From: a virus
Lineage: Duplodnaviria > Caudoviricetes
Strand: one strand, 5' to 3'
Length of the DNA stretch: 64,000 nucleotides
IMG/VR virus record: IMGVR_UViG_2871003000_000003
Coordinates: 64,001-128,000 of that record
This document shows, piece by piece, positions 41,585 through 49,942 of the stretch; within the stretch, counting starts at the first letter, position 1; every line of letters starts with the position of its first letter. The notes under the pieces are model-generated. The model saw only the letters and a list, made by a program, of their open reading frames with translations, searched no databases and was not told the origin of the DNA. A program made the translations under genes and the position numbers.

Positions 41585-42784
41585 GTGGACGATATAGTAC
41601 ATAACTATAAAAGATTTGATGGTGAAAGTGATGATGAACTCATCCTGAGAATCTGTAATGATAAAGAAAATATCGGTACATGGAATGATGTTGCTGCAGT
41701 TCTAAACTCTCTTCTTGACTGTAACTACACTGAATCGGCATATAGAAAGAAAGTACAGTATTTCCGAAAGGTTCTTGATGCTAATCAGTCTAAATTCACA
41801 GACGGTGCAGCACAATTAAAAGAACTAAAGGAAGAGCGTATTCTTTTAGAGAAAGAACGTGTCAAAACTCGTGATGAACGAAATGAGTATCGTAGATTGA
41901 TTCGTGAAGAAGCACGTAAGGAATCTTATAAAGAACAGATTTTAAGATCCATTTCAGAATATCACGGACAACCATTAGATTATGATAAAAGAAAACAGTT
42001 TAATGGAATTTTAAAATCAGATAATGATTTAGTAATTTCTGTAACAGATATTCATGCAGGAATTGAAATTGATAACTGGTTTAATAAATACAATACAGAA
42101 GTTATGTATGATAGATTTAGACAGTACCTGGATAAAATTTTTGAAGTCTATTTACGGCACGGTTCTGAAAATATCTATGTAATTATAAGTGAGTTGGTCT
42201 CAGGATTGATTCACAACTCACTTCGGATTGAAAGTAATCAAAATCTAATTGAGCAATTCTTATCCGTATCGGATTGTATTTCACAATTTTTATCTGAACT
42301 TAGTTATAAATTTAATGAAGTTCATGTTTATGTTTGTCCTGGAAATCATTCTAGGTTACATGCAAAAAAGGAAGAATCTTTAAAAGGTGAAAATATGGAC
42401 TGTCTTGCTATTCCATTTTTGCAAGCCAAATTGCAGAACTTTAAGAATATCGAATTTCACGAAAATAAAATTGATGAATCAATTGCAATGTTTTCTGTTA
42501 GAGGAACAAAAATTTTTGGAGTCCATGGAGACAAAGATGACCCTAAAACGGTTGTGCAGAAACTATCGCTTATGACACAAATACGTCCAAATATTTTATA
42601 TATGGGTCATCGTCATGTAAATGCGATGTCTACTGTTTATAATGTGAAAATTTTACAATCAGGTTGTATTTCTGGAACAGATAACTATTGCTTGGATAAC
42701 CGATTGCAAAATAAACCAGAACAATTAATTTCAGTTATTAATAATGATGGATTAGATTGTGTGTACGATGTTAGGTTTCACTAG
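41585..42784 (+). CDS. calcineurin-like metallophosphoesterase
   Basis: DIH, GNH, HGD and GHRH motifs. Confidence 0.85.
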   Translation: MDDIVHNYKRFDGESDDELILRICNDKENIGTWNDVAAVLNSLLDCNYTESAYRKKVQYFRKVLDANQSKFTDGAAQLKELKEERILLEKERVKTRDERNEYRRLIREEARKESYKEQILRSISEYHGQPLDYDKRKQFNGILKSDNDLVISVTDIHAGIEIDNWFNKYNTEVMYDRFRQYLDKIFEVYLRHGSENIYVIISELVSGLIHNSLRIESNQNLIEQFLSVSDCISQFLSELSYKFNEVHVYVCPGNHSRLHAKKEESLKGENMDCLAIPFLQAKLQNFKNIEFHENKIDESIAMFSVRGTKIFGVHGDKDDPKTVVQKLSLMTQIRPNILYMGHRHVNAMSTVYNVKILQSGCISGTDNYCLDNRLQNKPEQLISVINNDGLDCVYDVRFH

Positions 42785-42795
42785 AGGAGATTGTT

Positions 42796-42939
42796 ATGGA
42801 ATATAAAGACGGATTACCAGTATTAAACTTTGAAGAACTGGTTTCTTATATCATGGAGGAAAGTCAATATCCCAAAACAGATATTGAGAGAATTCTGGAT
42901 TTAGAAACAGAATATATGGAAAAAATTGGAATTATTTAG
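42796..42939 (+). CDS. small acidic protein (47 aa)
   Basis: MEYKDGLPVLNFEELVSYI...; GAGGAG RBS. Confidence 0.55.
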   Translation: MEYKDGLPVLNFEELVSYIMEESQYPKTDIERILDLETEYMEKIGII

Positions 42940-42944
42940 AAAGA

Positions 42945-43193
42945 AGGATATCGGCTATCTGAAGTGTAGAAAGAACTTTTAACGAGAGAGTTCAATCCGC
43001 GGCTCAGGATAAGCAGATTTACAGATTACCTATGTGGCAATCTACGCCAGTGCTCACGTACATGTTCCCACTTATTAAAGCGGAATCTGTCGTATGCACT
43101 AACATGTACAGGAGTTTCTATAGAATAAAAACTTGCCATACGTATCACCTGCCTTCCAAAATAAACTGCATCATCTTGGAGAACCGATATCCT
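42945..43193 (+). ncRNA. candidate 16S rRNA core-mimic RNA
   Basis: 10-bp perfect closing stem enclosing 16S h1-like, central-pseudoknot-like and anti-SD-like segments (see findings). Confidence 0.65.
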
Positions 43194-43267
43194 AGAATGT
43201 GGAGAAATCCACGAAATAAATTATAAAAATTTACAAATTAGTTGATAGAAAAGGAGACATTTTAAAA

Positions 43268-43546
43268 ATGACAAGATCAGATTTAATTAAAACAATTGCA
43301 GAAAAAGTAGACGGAGTAACACAGGAAAAAGCAAAAGAGATTGTTGCTGTAACTCTTGATTCAATTGCAGATGCGCTTACCGCTGGAGATAAAGTACAGT
43401 TCGTCGGATTTGGAAGTTTTGAAGTAAGAGAAAGAGCTGGAAGAACTGGACGAAATCCACAGGATGGAAGCGAAATTTATATTGAGCCATCTAAAAATGT
43501 AAAATTCAAAGCAGGAAAAGAATTAAAAGATAAAGTAAACGCTTAA
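43268..43546 (+). CDS. hup: HU family DNA-binding protein
   Basis: GDKVQFVGFGSFEVRERAGRTGRNPQ...FKAGK.LKD. Confidence 0.97.
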   Translation: MTRSDLIKTIAEKVDGVTQEKAKEIVAVTLDSIADALTAGDKVQFVGFGSFEVRERAGRTGRNPQDGSEIYIEPSKNVKFKAGKELKDKVNA

Positions 43547-43564
43547 GATTGGCGGTGTGTCTAT

Positions 43565-44188
43565 TTGAAAAAAGAAATGATTAAGAAAACATATGATAAT
43601 ATCTATGAATTATGTGAAGATGTTGTGGATACATATGACGTACTAGAATCAAATTATGACAATAATATTGTTTCTATTATTGCTAAATACGATGAGGCAA
43701 GTCTCATTGTTTCGGAATTATGTACAATGGACTTCTCCATTTTTTCATGCGAATTACACGATCCGGAGTTTGCTGGATATACTGATGAATATTTGATTGA
43801 GATTATTGAAGATAAAATCTTTTGTGAGCCAGCAAAACGTAACGGTGATTACATTGGTTCTGGCAGTTCTATTGTATATGTATTAGACGACTGCAATTCG
43901 AAAGTCATCTCTAAATTTGAAGCAGACTATGCATATGAAGTACATTTGTATGATGAGAATGATGAAGATAATATGGAATATGATTGTGATGGATGTATCT
44001 TCTGTGATGAGTGCGACGAGTATGATGAGTATGGTTTTTTGTTGGATGATTGTGTAGATAACAAAGACATGCATGGATTTTCTGCCAGCAAGAGTGATGA
44101 TTATGGTTATCACTCCGTATCATTTTATTCAACAGAGCGAGTTAATCATGATGATATGATGGATTTACTTCGTATTTTTGGATTATAA
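43565..44188 (+). CDS. acidic hypothetical protein
   Basis: 207 aa, D/E rich. Confidence 0.7.
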   Translation: MKKEMIKKTYDNIYELCEDVVDTYDVLESNYDNNIVSIIAKYDEASLIVSELCTMDFSIFSCELHDPEFAGYTDEYLIEIIEDKIFCEPAKRNGDYIGSGSSIVYVLDDCNSKVISKFEADYAYEVHLYDENDEDNMEYDCDGCIFCDECDEYDEYGFLLDDCVDNKDMHGFSASKSDDYGYHSVSFYSTERVNHDDMMDLLRIFGL

Positions 44189-44215
44189 ATTTTCTGTTAT
44201 ATATGTACATTTCAA

Positions 44216-44251
44216 AGATCCGTAGGTGTCAAAACTTACGGGTCTATTTTT
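44216..44251 (+). terminator. intrinsic terminator
   Basis: AGATCCGTAGG/CTTACGGGTCT followed by a T-run. Confidence 0.7.
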
Positions 44252-44281
44252 GTGTTCTCAGTTAGGAGAATAAGAATTAGA

Positions 44282-44415
44282 AACATCAGCGAAAGGAATG
44301 TGTCGGGTAAGCTCCGACCGCGCTGCATGTTCCAATGCAACATTGGATTTTCAGGAGAGATACGGTGGATTAGCTACCTACCGGATAAGTGTAACCTCAT
44401 TCGCACTTCTCTCCT
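44282..44415 (+). ncRNA. structured intergenic RNA with 23S H70/H71-like hairpin
   Basis: Nested stems; TGTCGGGTAAGCTCCGACC at 44301-44319. Confidence 0.55.
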
Positions 44416-44459
44416 ATTTCTATGGAGTGAGGAGAAATAAAATATTTGAATAAAAGGAA

Positions 44460-45494
44460 GTGAGATTATTGAGTGAAGAAATTGCAAAGCGTTCAGAGGA
44501 CATAACTGATGAGATTTGGAATCAGGTTAATGAATTCAATAGAGAAATGGTTCAGGATTATCTTGATAATCAAACTGACCTTTCACTAAAGACTCGTCCG
44601 GCGTATCGCTCTGGATTAAGAGTCTTTTTTGTATATGTAAAAGATCACTTGAACAATAAAGATTTTACACAAATAAAGAAAAAAGAATTTCAAAAATATC
44701 TTAATTGGTTGACTAATAGAGGTTTATCTGATTCAGCAATTAAATTTAAAAAATCATGTGTAAGTGCATTTTGTAATTATATAATGTTAATGTATGAAGA
44801 AGAATATCCTACATTCAGAAATTTTACTGTTGGATTAAAAGTAGTACAAACAGGATATGTTCATGAGAAAAACCCGCTGACACCGGAAGAATATTTAATG
44901 CTATGTAAAGAATTAGAAAAACGTGAAGAATGGCAAAAATTAGCATATTTAGTTTTTTCTTATAGCACAGGATGTAGACGAGCTGAGGCACGTCAACTTT
45001 TGAAAGAAGTTGTTGAGTATAAACCAAAAGAGAAAGAAACAAAAATTAAAGGTGAAGATGGTGTAGAGCATGTTGCAATTTCTCGCCAATACTTAACACA
45101 TACAATTAGATGTAAAGGCGCATCGTTGGTTGGAAAACAACGTAAACTAAAATTCGGAGAAGATGCTATGTATTGGTTAAAAAAATGGATTGAAGCGCGA
45201 GGAGAAGATGAATGTCCTTATATGTTTGTTGTAAAACAAAGAAATGGAGAAACTCGTCAAGTTGGCGAGAATACGTTTAATGATTGGTGTAGTGGACTAT
45301 TTACAGAAATAGTAGGTAGACGCGTACATCCGCACCTGTTTCGAGAAAGTCGCGCAACTAATCTAGTAGTTTACGAAAATAAATCTCCAGAAGTTGCTCA
45401 AAAACTTTTAGGACATAACGATGTTAGTACAACTACAAATCATTACATAATCAGAAATGATGATTTTGACGAGTCTGATGAAGCATTCATCTAA
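44460..45494 (+). CDS. tyrosine recombinase (second)
   Basis: TGCRRAE, KG, HPHLFR, LLGH and HY motifs. Confidence 0.92.
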   Translation: MRLLSEEIAKRSEDITDEIWNQVNEFNREMVQDYLDNQTDLSLKTRPAYRSGLRVFFVYVKDHLNNKDFTQIKKKEFQKYLNWLTNRGLSDSAIKFKKSCVSAFCNYIMLMYEEEYPTFRNFTVGLKVVQTGYVHEKNPLTPEEYLMLCKELEKREEWQKLAYLVFSYSTGCRRAEARQLLKEVVEYKPKEKETKIKGEDGVEHVAISRQYLTHTIRCKGASLVGKQRKLKFGEDAMYWLKKWIEARGEDECPYMFVVKQRNGETRQVGENTFNDWCSGLFTEIVGRRVHPHLFRESRATNLVVYENKSPEVAQKLLGHNDVSTTTNHYIIRNDDFDESDEAFI

Positions 45495-45585
45495 CCATCT
45501 TTAATTTCCCATAATTTACCAGATCAATACTCTTCTATTCTGTGTTATACTGTTTCCGAGAATCATAGCACCGGAGGTTTATAGA

Positions 45586-45936
45586 ATGGAAAGACTGGTA
45601 AAAACAGGATACGTCAAAATGATTGCAATTGATGTTCATGATTTGGAGTCAAAAATCTTAGATGAACGGAATACAAATTTTCTGTGTGATATAGAAAATT
45701 TTCAGAATAAGTATTCTAATATATCTACAGTAAAATGTGTGTACATACATATGGACGATAATTATGATATCACTTTCTTAGATTATAAGAAAGTCCATCC
45801 ACATATACATCCATTTGATTATATGAGAGACATCGTCAAAAAGCATGATGGAAAGTTAATCAAGGGAAGTGATTATTTGCGGATCACACACGAAGATGAT
45901 TATGTAGAATTAATCGAAATAGATTTGAGAGATTAA
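45586..45936 (+). CDS. hypothetical protein (moron-like)
   Basis: GGAGG RBS; upstream TGnTATACT. Confidence 0.6.
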   Translation: MERLVKTGYVKMIAIDVHDLESKILDERNTNFLCDIENFQNKYSNISTVKCVYIHMDDNYDITFLDYKKVHPHIHPFDYMRDIVKKHDGKLIKGSDYLRITHEDDYVELIEIDLRD

Positions 45937-45970
45937 TGGAGAGCTGTGCTGCTCTCCTATTTTTGTATTT

Positions 45971-46042
45971 GGCTCCATGGTCAAGAGGCTAAGACATCGC
46001 CCCTTCACGGAGGTAACACTGGTTCAATTCCAGTTGGAGTCA
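45971..46042 (+). tRNA. tRNA-Glu(TTC), atypical
   Basis: GGCTCCA/TGGAGTC acceptor; loop CCTTCAC; one anticodon-stem mismatch. Confidence 0.75.
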
Positions 46043-46119
46043 TTATTATATTCCGGCTTTCAAAAGAAATGCCGGTTTCATATCGGCAGAAAATAGAAAA
46101 AAGAAAGCGAGGAAAAATA

Positions 46120-47037
46120 ATGGTAACATTACAGAAAATTGGTGGTGACATGAATCGTAATGTATTAGAGATTACTGGATTATCTACAGACGAAAAACCT
46201 GTTGAATTTATCGAAACAACATACATTACCAATGGAAGCACATATGAAGAAATTGATACCGGTACAGTGTATAAATATAACGAATCTGGCAAGAAATGGA
46301 TAGAGCAACCTGCAATTGGTGGTTCAGGCGGAAATATTTCTCTTGATTATACTGCATTAACAAATAAGCCACAAATTTCCGGAATTGAATTAACTGGAAA
46401 TAAAACCTTGGATGATCTTGGTATTCAGAAAAAAGGTGCTTATATTACAAAAGAAACTGATCCAACTGTACCGGCATGGGCAAAAGCAGAAACAAAACCT
46501 ACTTATACCGCAGACGAAGTTGGAGCCTTACCAAAAACTACGACTACACTTCCAAATCCTAAAAAGATTAAATTTACAGGTGCAGTTGTTGGTGAATATG
46601 ATGGTTCCGTTGAGAGAACATTTAATATTCCGACAGGAAGTTCTTATACTCTTCCACAGGCAACTGACAAAATTCTTGGAGGAGTTAAAGCAAAAGCAAA
46701 GACAAACGAAACCGTAGAAGTTGCAATTGATACTACAACAGGTAAATTATTCGTTCCGGCTTATCCAACTGGTGCAGGAACTGAACTTGACAAAACACTT
46801 GCTGTGGAAGGAAAAGCTGCGGATGCAAAAGCTGTTGGAGATGCACTGAAAACTAAGATTGGATCTGATGCTCTTACTGCATATATGAAGACAGTTGATG
46901 CAGATAAGAAATATGCAACAAAAACTGAATTGCCAAAAAAAGGCGTTGCAGTTGCAGACGCAGGAGATGCAGATGTAAAAGATAAACTTAATGCTTTGTT
47001 GGCAAGTCTCAGAACTGCTGGGATTATTGCTCAGTAA
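46120..47037 (+). CDS. head-fibre/decoration-like protein
   Basis: ATG at 46120 after GAGG; ETDPTVP.WAK, YTLP.AT...LGGVK and KLNALLASLR.AG motifs. Confidence 0.65.
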   Translation: MVTLQKIGGDMNRNVLEITGLSTDEKPVEFIETTYITNGSTYEEIDTGTVYKYNESGKKWIEQPAIGGSGGNISLDYTALTNKPQISGIELTGNKTLDDLGIQKKGAYITKETDPTVPAWAKAETKPTYTADEVGALPKTTTTLPNPKKIKFTGAVVGEYDGSVERTFNIPTGSSYTLPQATDKILGGVKAKAKTNETVEVAIDTTTGKLFVPAYPTGAGTELDKTLAVEGKAADAKAVGDALKTKIGSDALTAYMKTVDADKKYATKTELPKKGVAVADAGDADVKDKLNALLASLRTAGIIAQ

Positions 47038-47080
47038 ATATGTATAAAACAGGACGGTGCTACTGCCGTCCTATTATTAT

Positions 47081-47151
47081 GCTTGGATAGTTTAAAGGTA
47101 AAACGATTGACTTGTAATCAATTGTTCCCAGTTCAAATCTTGGTCTGAGCT
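47081..47151 (+). tRNA. tRNA-Thr(TGT)
   Basis: ATTGA-CTTGTAA-TCAAT; GCTTGGA/TCTGAGC acceptor. Confidence 0.8.
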
Positions 47152-47199
47152 TTCAGAAAATAAAAGTAATACTTTGGTTAAGTTAATGGAGGTGTAATT

Positions 47200-48303
47200 A
47201 TAGCTACAAAAAAAGAAATAAAGAAAAAACATTGTTCTTGCTGTGGAAAAGAAAAGCCATTATCTGATTTTTATATGAGTAAATCACCATTACATGCTCT
47301 TGATAAAAAAACTCCGATTTGTAAAGATTGCATTATTAAATCAAGTATAGATGAAAATACTAACGAAGTCAGCGAAGAAAAATTCAAAAATATCCTTAGA
47401 CAAATTGATAAACCATTTTATAAAGACTTATTACAAAGTGCTTTTAATCAATTTAAAAAGGAACATTCTTTTATGTCTGAAGAAGAAGTGCATCATTGCG
47501 GAGATTCTATAATACGTCTATATATGAAGAATATTGCTTCTTTAAGACAAGTTTCTTCAAAAAGTTATGAAGAATCTGAAAAAGAAAATTTTATACAAAA
47601 ACACAGTACCGTCATTCAGAAAACTGAGCGTAGTAAATACAAAAAAGATTTACAAAGTAAAAAAAATGATGAAATAATTATTTCTGAATCTGATGATTTT
47701 GAAGTGACACCAGACATGATTGAAATGTTTGGCGAAGGGTTTACAAGGCTAGAATACAAAAAGATGTGCAAAAAATATGACGATATGACTAAAACATATG
47801 TCATACAGACAAATCTTCATAAAGAGGCATTGCTTACATATGTACGTTTTAAAGTAAAAGAAGAAATGGCTACATCAAGAGGAGATGTACAAGAGGCACA
47901 GAAATGGTATTCTGCTGCACAGGACGCTGCTGAAAAAGCAAAATTGACACCAAGACAGTTGTCCAAGGAAGATTTACAAGGTGGAATCGTAAATTTTAGT
48001 GATATATTTTCTGCCGTCGAAGGAGCGAAAGAAAGGATTTCTATATTCCCAGAATTTAAATATCAACCCAAAGATGCTGCCGATTTCATTATATGGTGTT
48101 ATGTGAACTATGAAAGAAATTTAAACAACATGCCAGAAGTTGAATATAAAGATATTTACGAATTCTATGACAGAAAGAAAACAGAATATATTGAAATGTA
48201 TGGAGACCCGTATGGTATTTTTTCTGACGATACAACTGAATTAAATAGAGAAACTATTGAAAAATTTATCACTATACCTGCAGATTTTAAGGACGGTGAT
48301 TAA
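47200..48303 (+). CDS. zinc-finger protein, probable terminase small subunit
   Basis: ATA start after GGAGGTG completes the CSCC...CKDC finger; abuts terL. Confidence 0.6.
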   Translation: MATKKEIKKKHCSCCGKEKPLSDFYMSKSPLHALDKKTPICKDCIIKSSIDENTNEVSEEKFKNILRQIDKPFYKDLLQSAFNQFKKEHSFMSEEEVHHCGDSIIRLYMKNIASLRQVSSKSYEESEKENFIQKHSTVIQKTERSKYKKDLQSKKNDEIIISESDDFEVTPDMIEMFGEGFTRLEYKKMCKKYDDMTKTYVIQTNLHKEALLTYVRFKVKEEMATSRGDVQEAQKWYSAAQDAAEKAKLTPRQLSKEDLQGGIVNFSDIFSAVEGAKERISIFPEFKYQPKDAADFIIWCYVNYERNLNNMPEVEYKDIYEFYDRKKTEYIEMYGDPYGIFSDDTTELNRETIEKFITIPADFKDGD

Positions 48304-49926
48304 ATGGATGATTACGGATTTAATATCGATAATTGGGAATATTTTTGTAGTTATTCAAGATGGTTCCCTGATTCATTCTTAGATTTAACAAAACCGCCCA
48401 AAGGCGGATTAAATTTACATTTAGATCAGCGTATTTATCTAAGAGTAATGTTAAGATTCACGTCTTTTTATGGAGTATTTCCGCGAGGTTATGGAAAAAC
48501 ATTTGACGAAGTGCTTGCGTCCATGTTAGCTTGTATATTTTTTCCAGAAATTTCTATTTCGTTATCTGCTCAAACAAAAGAAAATGCTGCAGATCTTTTA
48601 AAAGATAAGTATAATGAAATACTTAGATTTTATCCATTGCTAAAAAATGAAATAGATAAAGCTAATTTTGCTAAAGGAGACGCACTCGTTGTATTCAAAA
48701 ATGGATCAAGACTGGATAACTTAGCAAACTCACAAACATCGAAGGGGCAACGTAGAAAACGTATTAATATGGAGGAGTCTGCATTAATTGATAATGATAC
48801 ATTTTTGGATGCGCTATTGCCAATTGTTGAAGTGCCTAGAGTTTGTGTTGGAAAATACTCAATAGTTGATCCAGAAGAATTGAATCAGCAAATTAACTTT
48901 TTCACTACTGCTGGATTCAAAGGGTCTGATGAATATCAACGGTCTGTTGATATGGTAAAAGATATGATAAATCTTAACGGTAAAATAGTTCTTGGTTCAA
49001 GTTTTTGGCTCCCTTGTTGGTATGGAAGAGGCTCAACAAAGAGTCAGATTTTTCAAAAAAAACGTGATATGACAATGATATCATTTGCACAAAACTATGA
49101 ATCAAAATGGGTTGGAGCTGCTTCAGGGGCGTTAGTGAATATTAATAAACTTATGAATTGTAGGTCTTTGACATCTCCTGTTCTATCATCAAAAAACAAA
49201 GAAGATGAATTTTATATTGGCGTAGATGTTGCAAGAAGCCAAAATACAAGCAATAATCAATCATTCATTTCTGTAATAAAAGTCAATAGAACAAAAGACA
49301 AGACAAAAATTGTATCAATGGATCTTGTCAATCTTATAAATATTCCAAATATTATGAATTTCACTGCACAAGCATGTGTTATTAAGAAATACAAAAAACT
49401 TTATAATGCAAAAAATGTAATTGTTGATGGGAACGGTCTTGGAGCCGGATTGATCGACGAATTGCTTAAAGAAAGTTTCGATCCAATAACCAAAGAATCT
49501 TTAGGATGTTGGGACACTATTAATGATGATAATATGCCAGAAGTCCCAGAAATTGCAGAAAAAATTTTATATAATCTAAAAGCACAATCTGCGCAAAGTA
49601 AAATTGTTACTAATTTTATTGATGTTGTTGACAGTGGAAAATTTAGAATGTTGGAAAGCAAACAACAATCTGAATTTACAGAAAAGGAATATGACGACTT
49701 TGATAATTGTATAGCTCCTTATCTTCAAACCGATTGTTTATTTGAAGAAATTGCAAATCTCAAATTAAAACATTTGTCAAATGGTGGGGTGACTATTGAA
49801 AAGGTCGTAAACAAATTAGACAAAGACCGTGTATCTGCAACAATATATGTATTATGGTACATAAATGAATTTTGTCGAGATATATATGCAGTTTCCGATT
49901 ATGAATTTACGTGTCTTATAAATTAA
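48304..49926 (+). CDS. terminase large subunit
   Basis: PRGYGKT, Walker-B-like NMEES, GVDVAR, VDGNGLG and KDRVSA motifs. Confidence 0.9.
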   Translation: MDDYGFNIDNWEYFCSYSRWFPDSFLDLTKPPKGGLNLHLDQRIYLRVMLRFTSFYGVFPRGYGKTFDEVLASMLACIFFPEISISLSAQTKENAADLLKDKYNEILRFYPLLKNEIDKANFAKGDALVVFKNGSRLDNLANSQTSKGQRRKRINMEESALIDNDTFLDALLPIVEVPRVCVGKYSIVDPEELNQQINFFTTAGFKGSDEYQRSVDMVKDMINLNGKIVLGSSFWLPCWYGRGSTKSQIFQKKRDMTMISFAQNYESKWVGAASGALVNINKLMNCRSLTSPVLSSKNKEDEFYIGVDVARSQNTSNNQSFISVIKVNRTKDKTKIVSMDLVNLINIPNIMNFTAQACVIKKYKKLYNAKNVIVDGNGLGAGLIDELLKESFDPITKESLGCWDTINDDNMPEVPEIAEKILYNLKAQSAQSKIVTNFIDVVDSGKFRMLESKQQSEFTEKEYDDFDNCIAPYLQTDCLFEEIANLKLKHLSNGGVTIEKVVNKLDKDRVSATIYVLWYINEFCRDIYAVSDYEFTCLIN

Positions 49927-49942
49927 CAGAAAGGAGGAGGAC

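Noticed and set aside
42945-43193. True rRNA gene, or 27F primer/chimera artefact
   Set aside because: Only short, diverged segments match, with compensatory changes and native flanks; not a contiguous 16S or an exact primer.
44331-44347. ATGCAAC hairpin as a 16S h31 loop mimic
   Set aside because: 7 nt only, and matches the E. coli rather than the Firmicutes variant.
45946-46119. N-terminal extension of the 363-aa ORF
   Set aside because: Overlaps tRNA-Glu; the RBS supports ATG at 46120.
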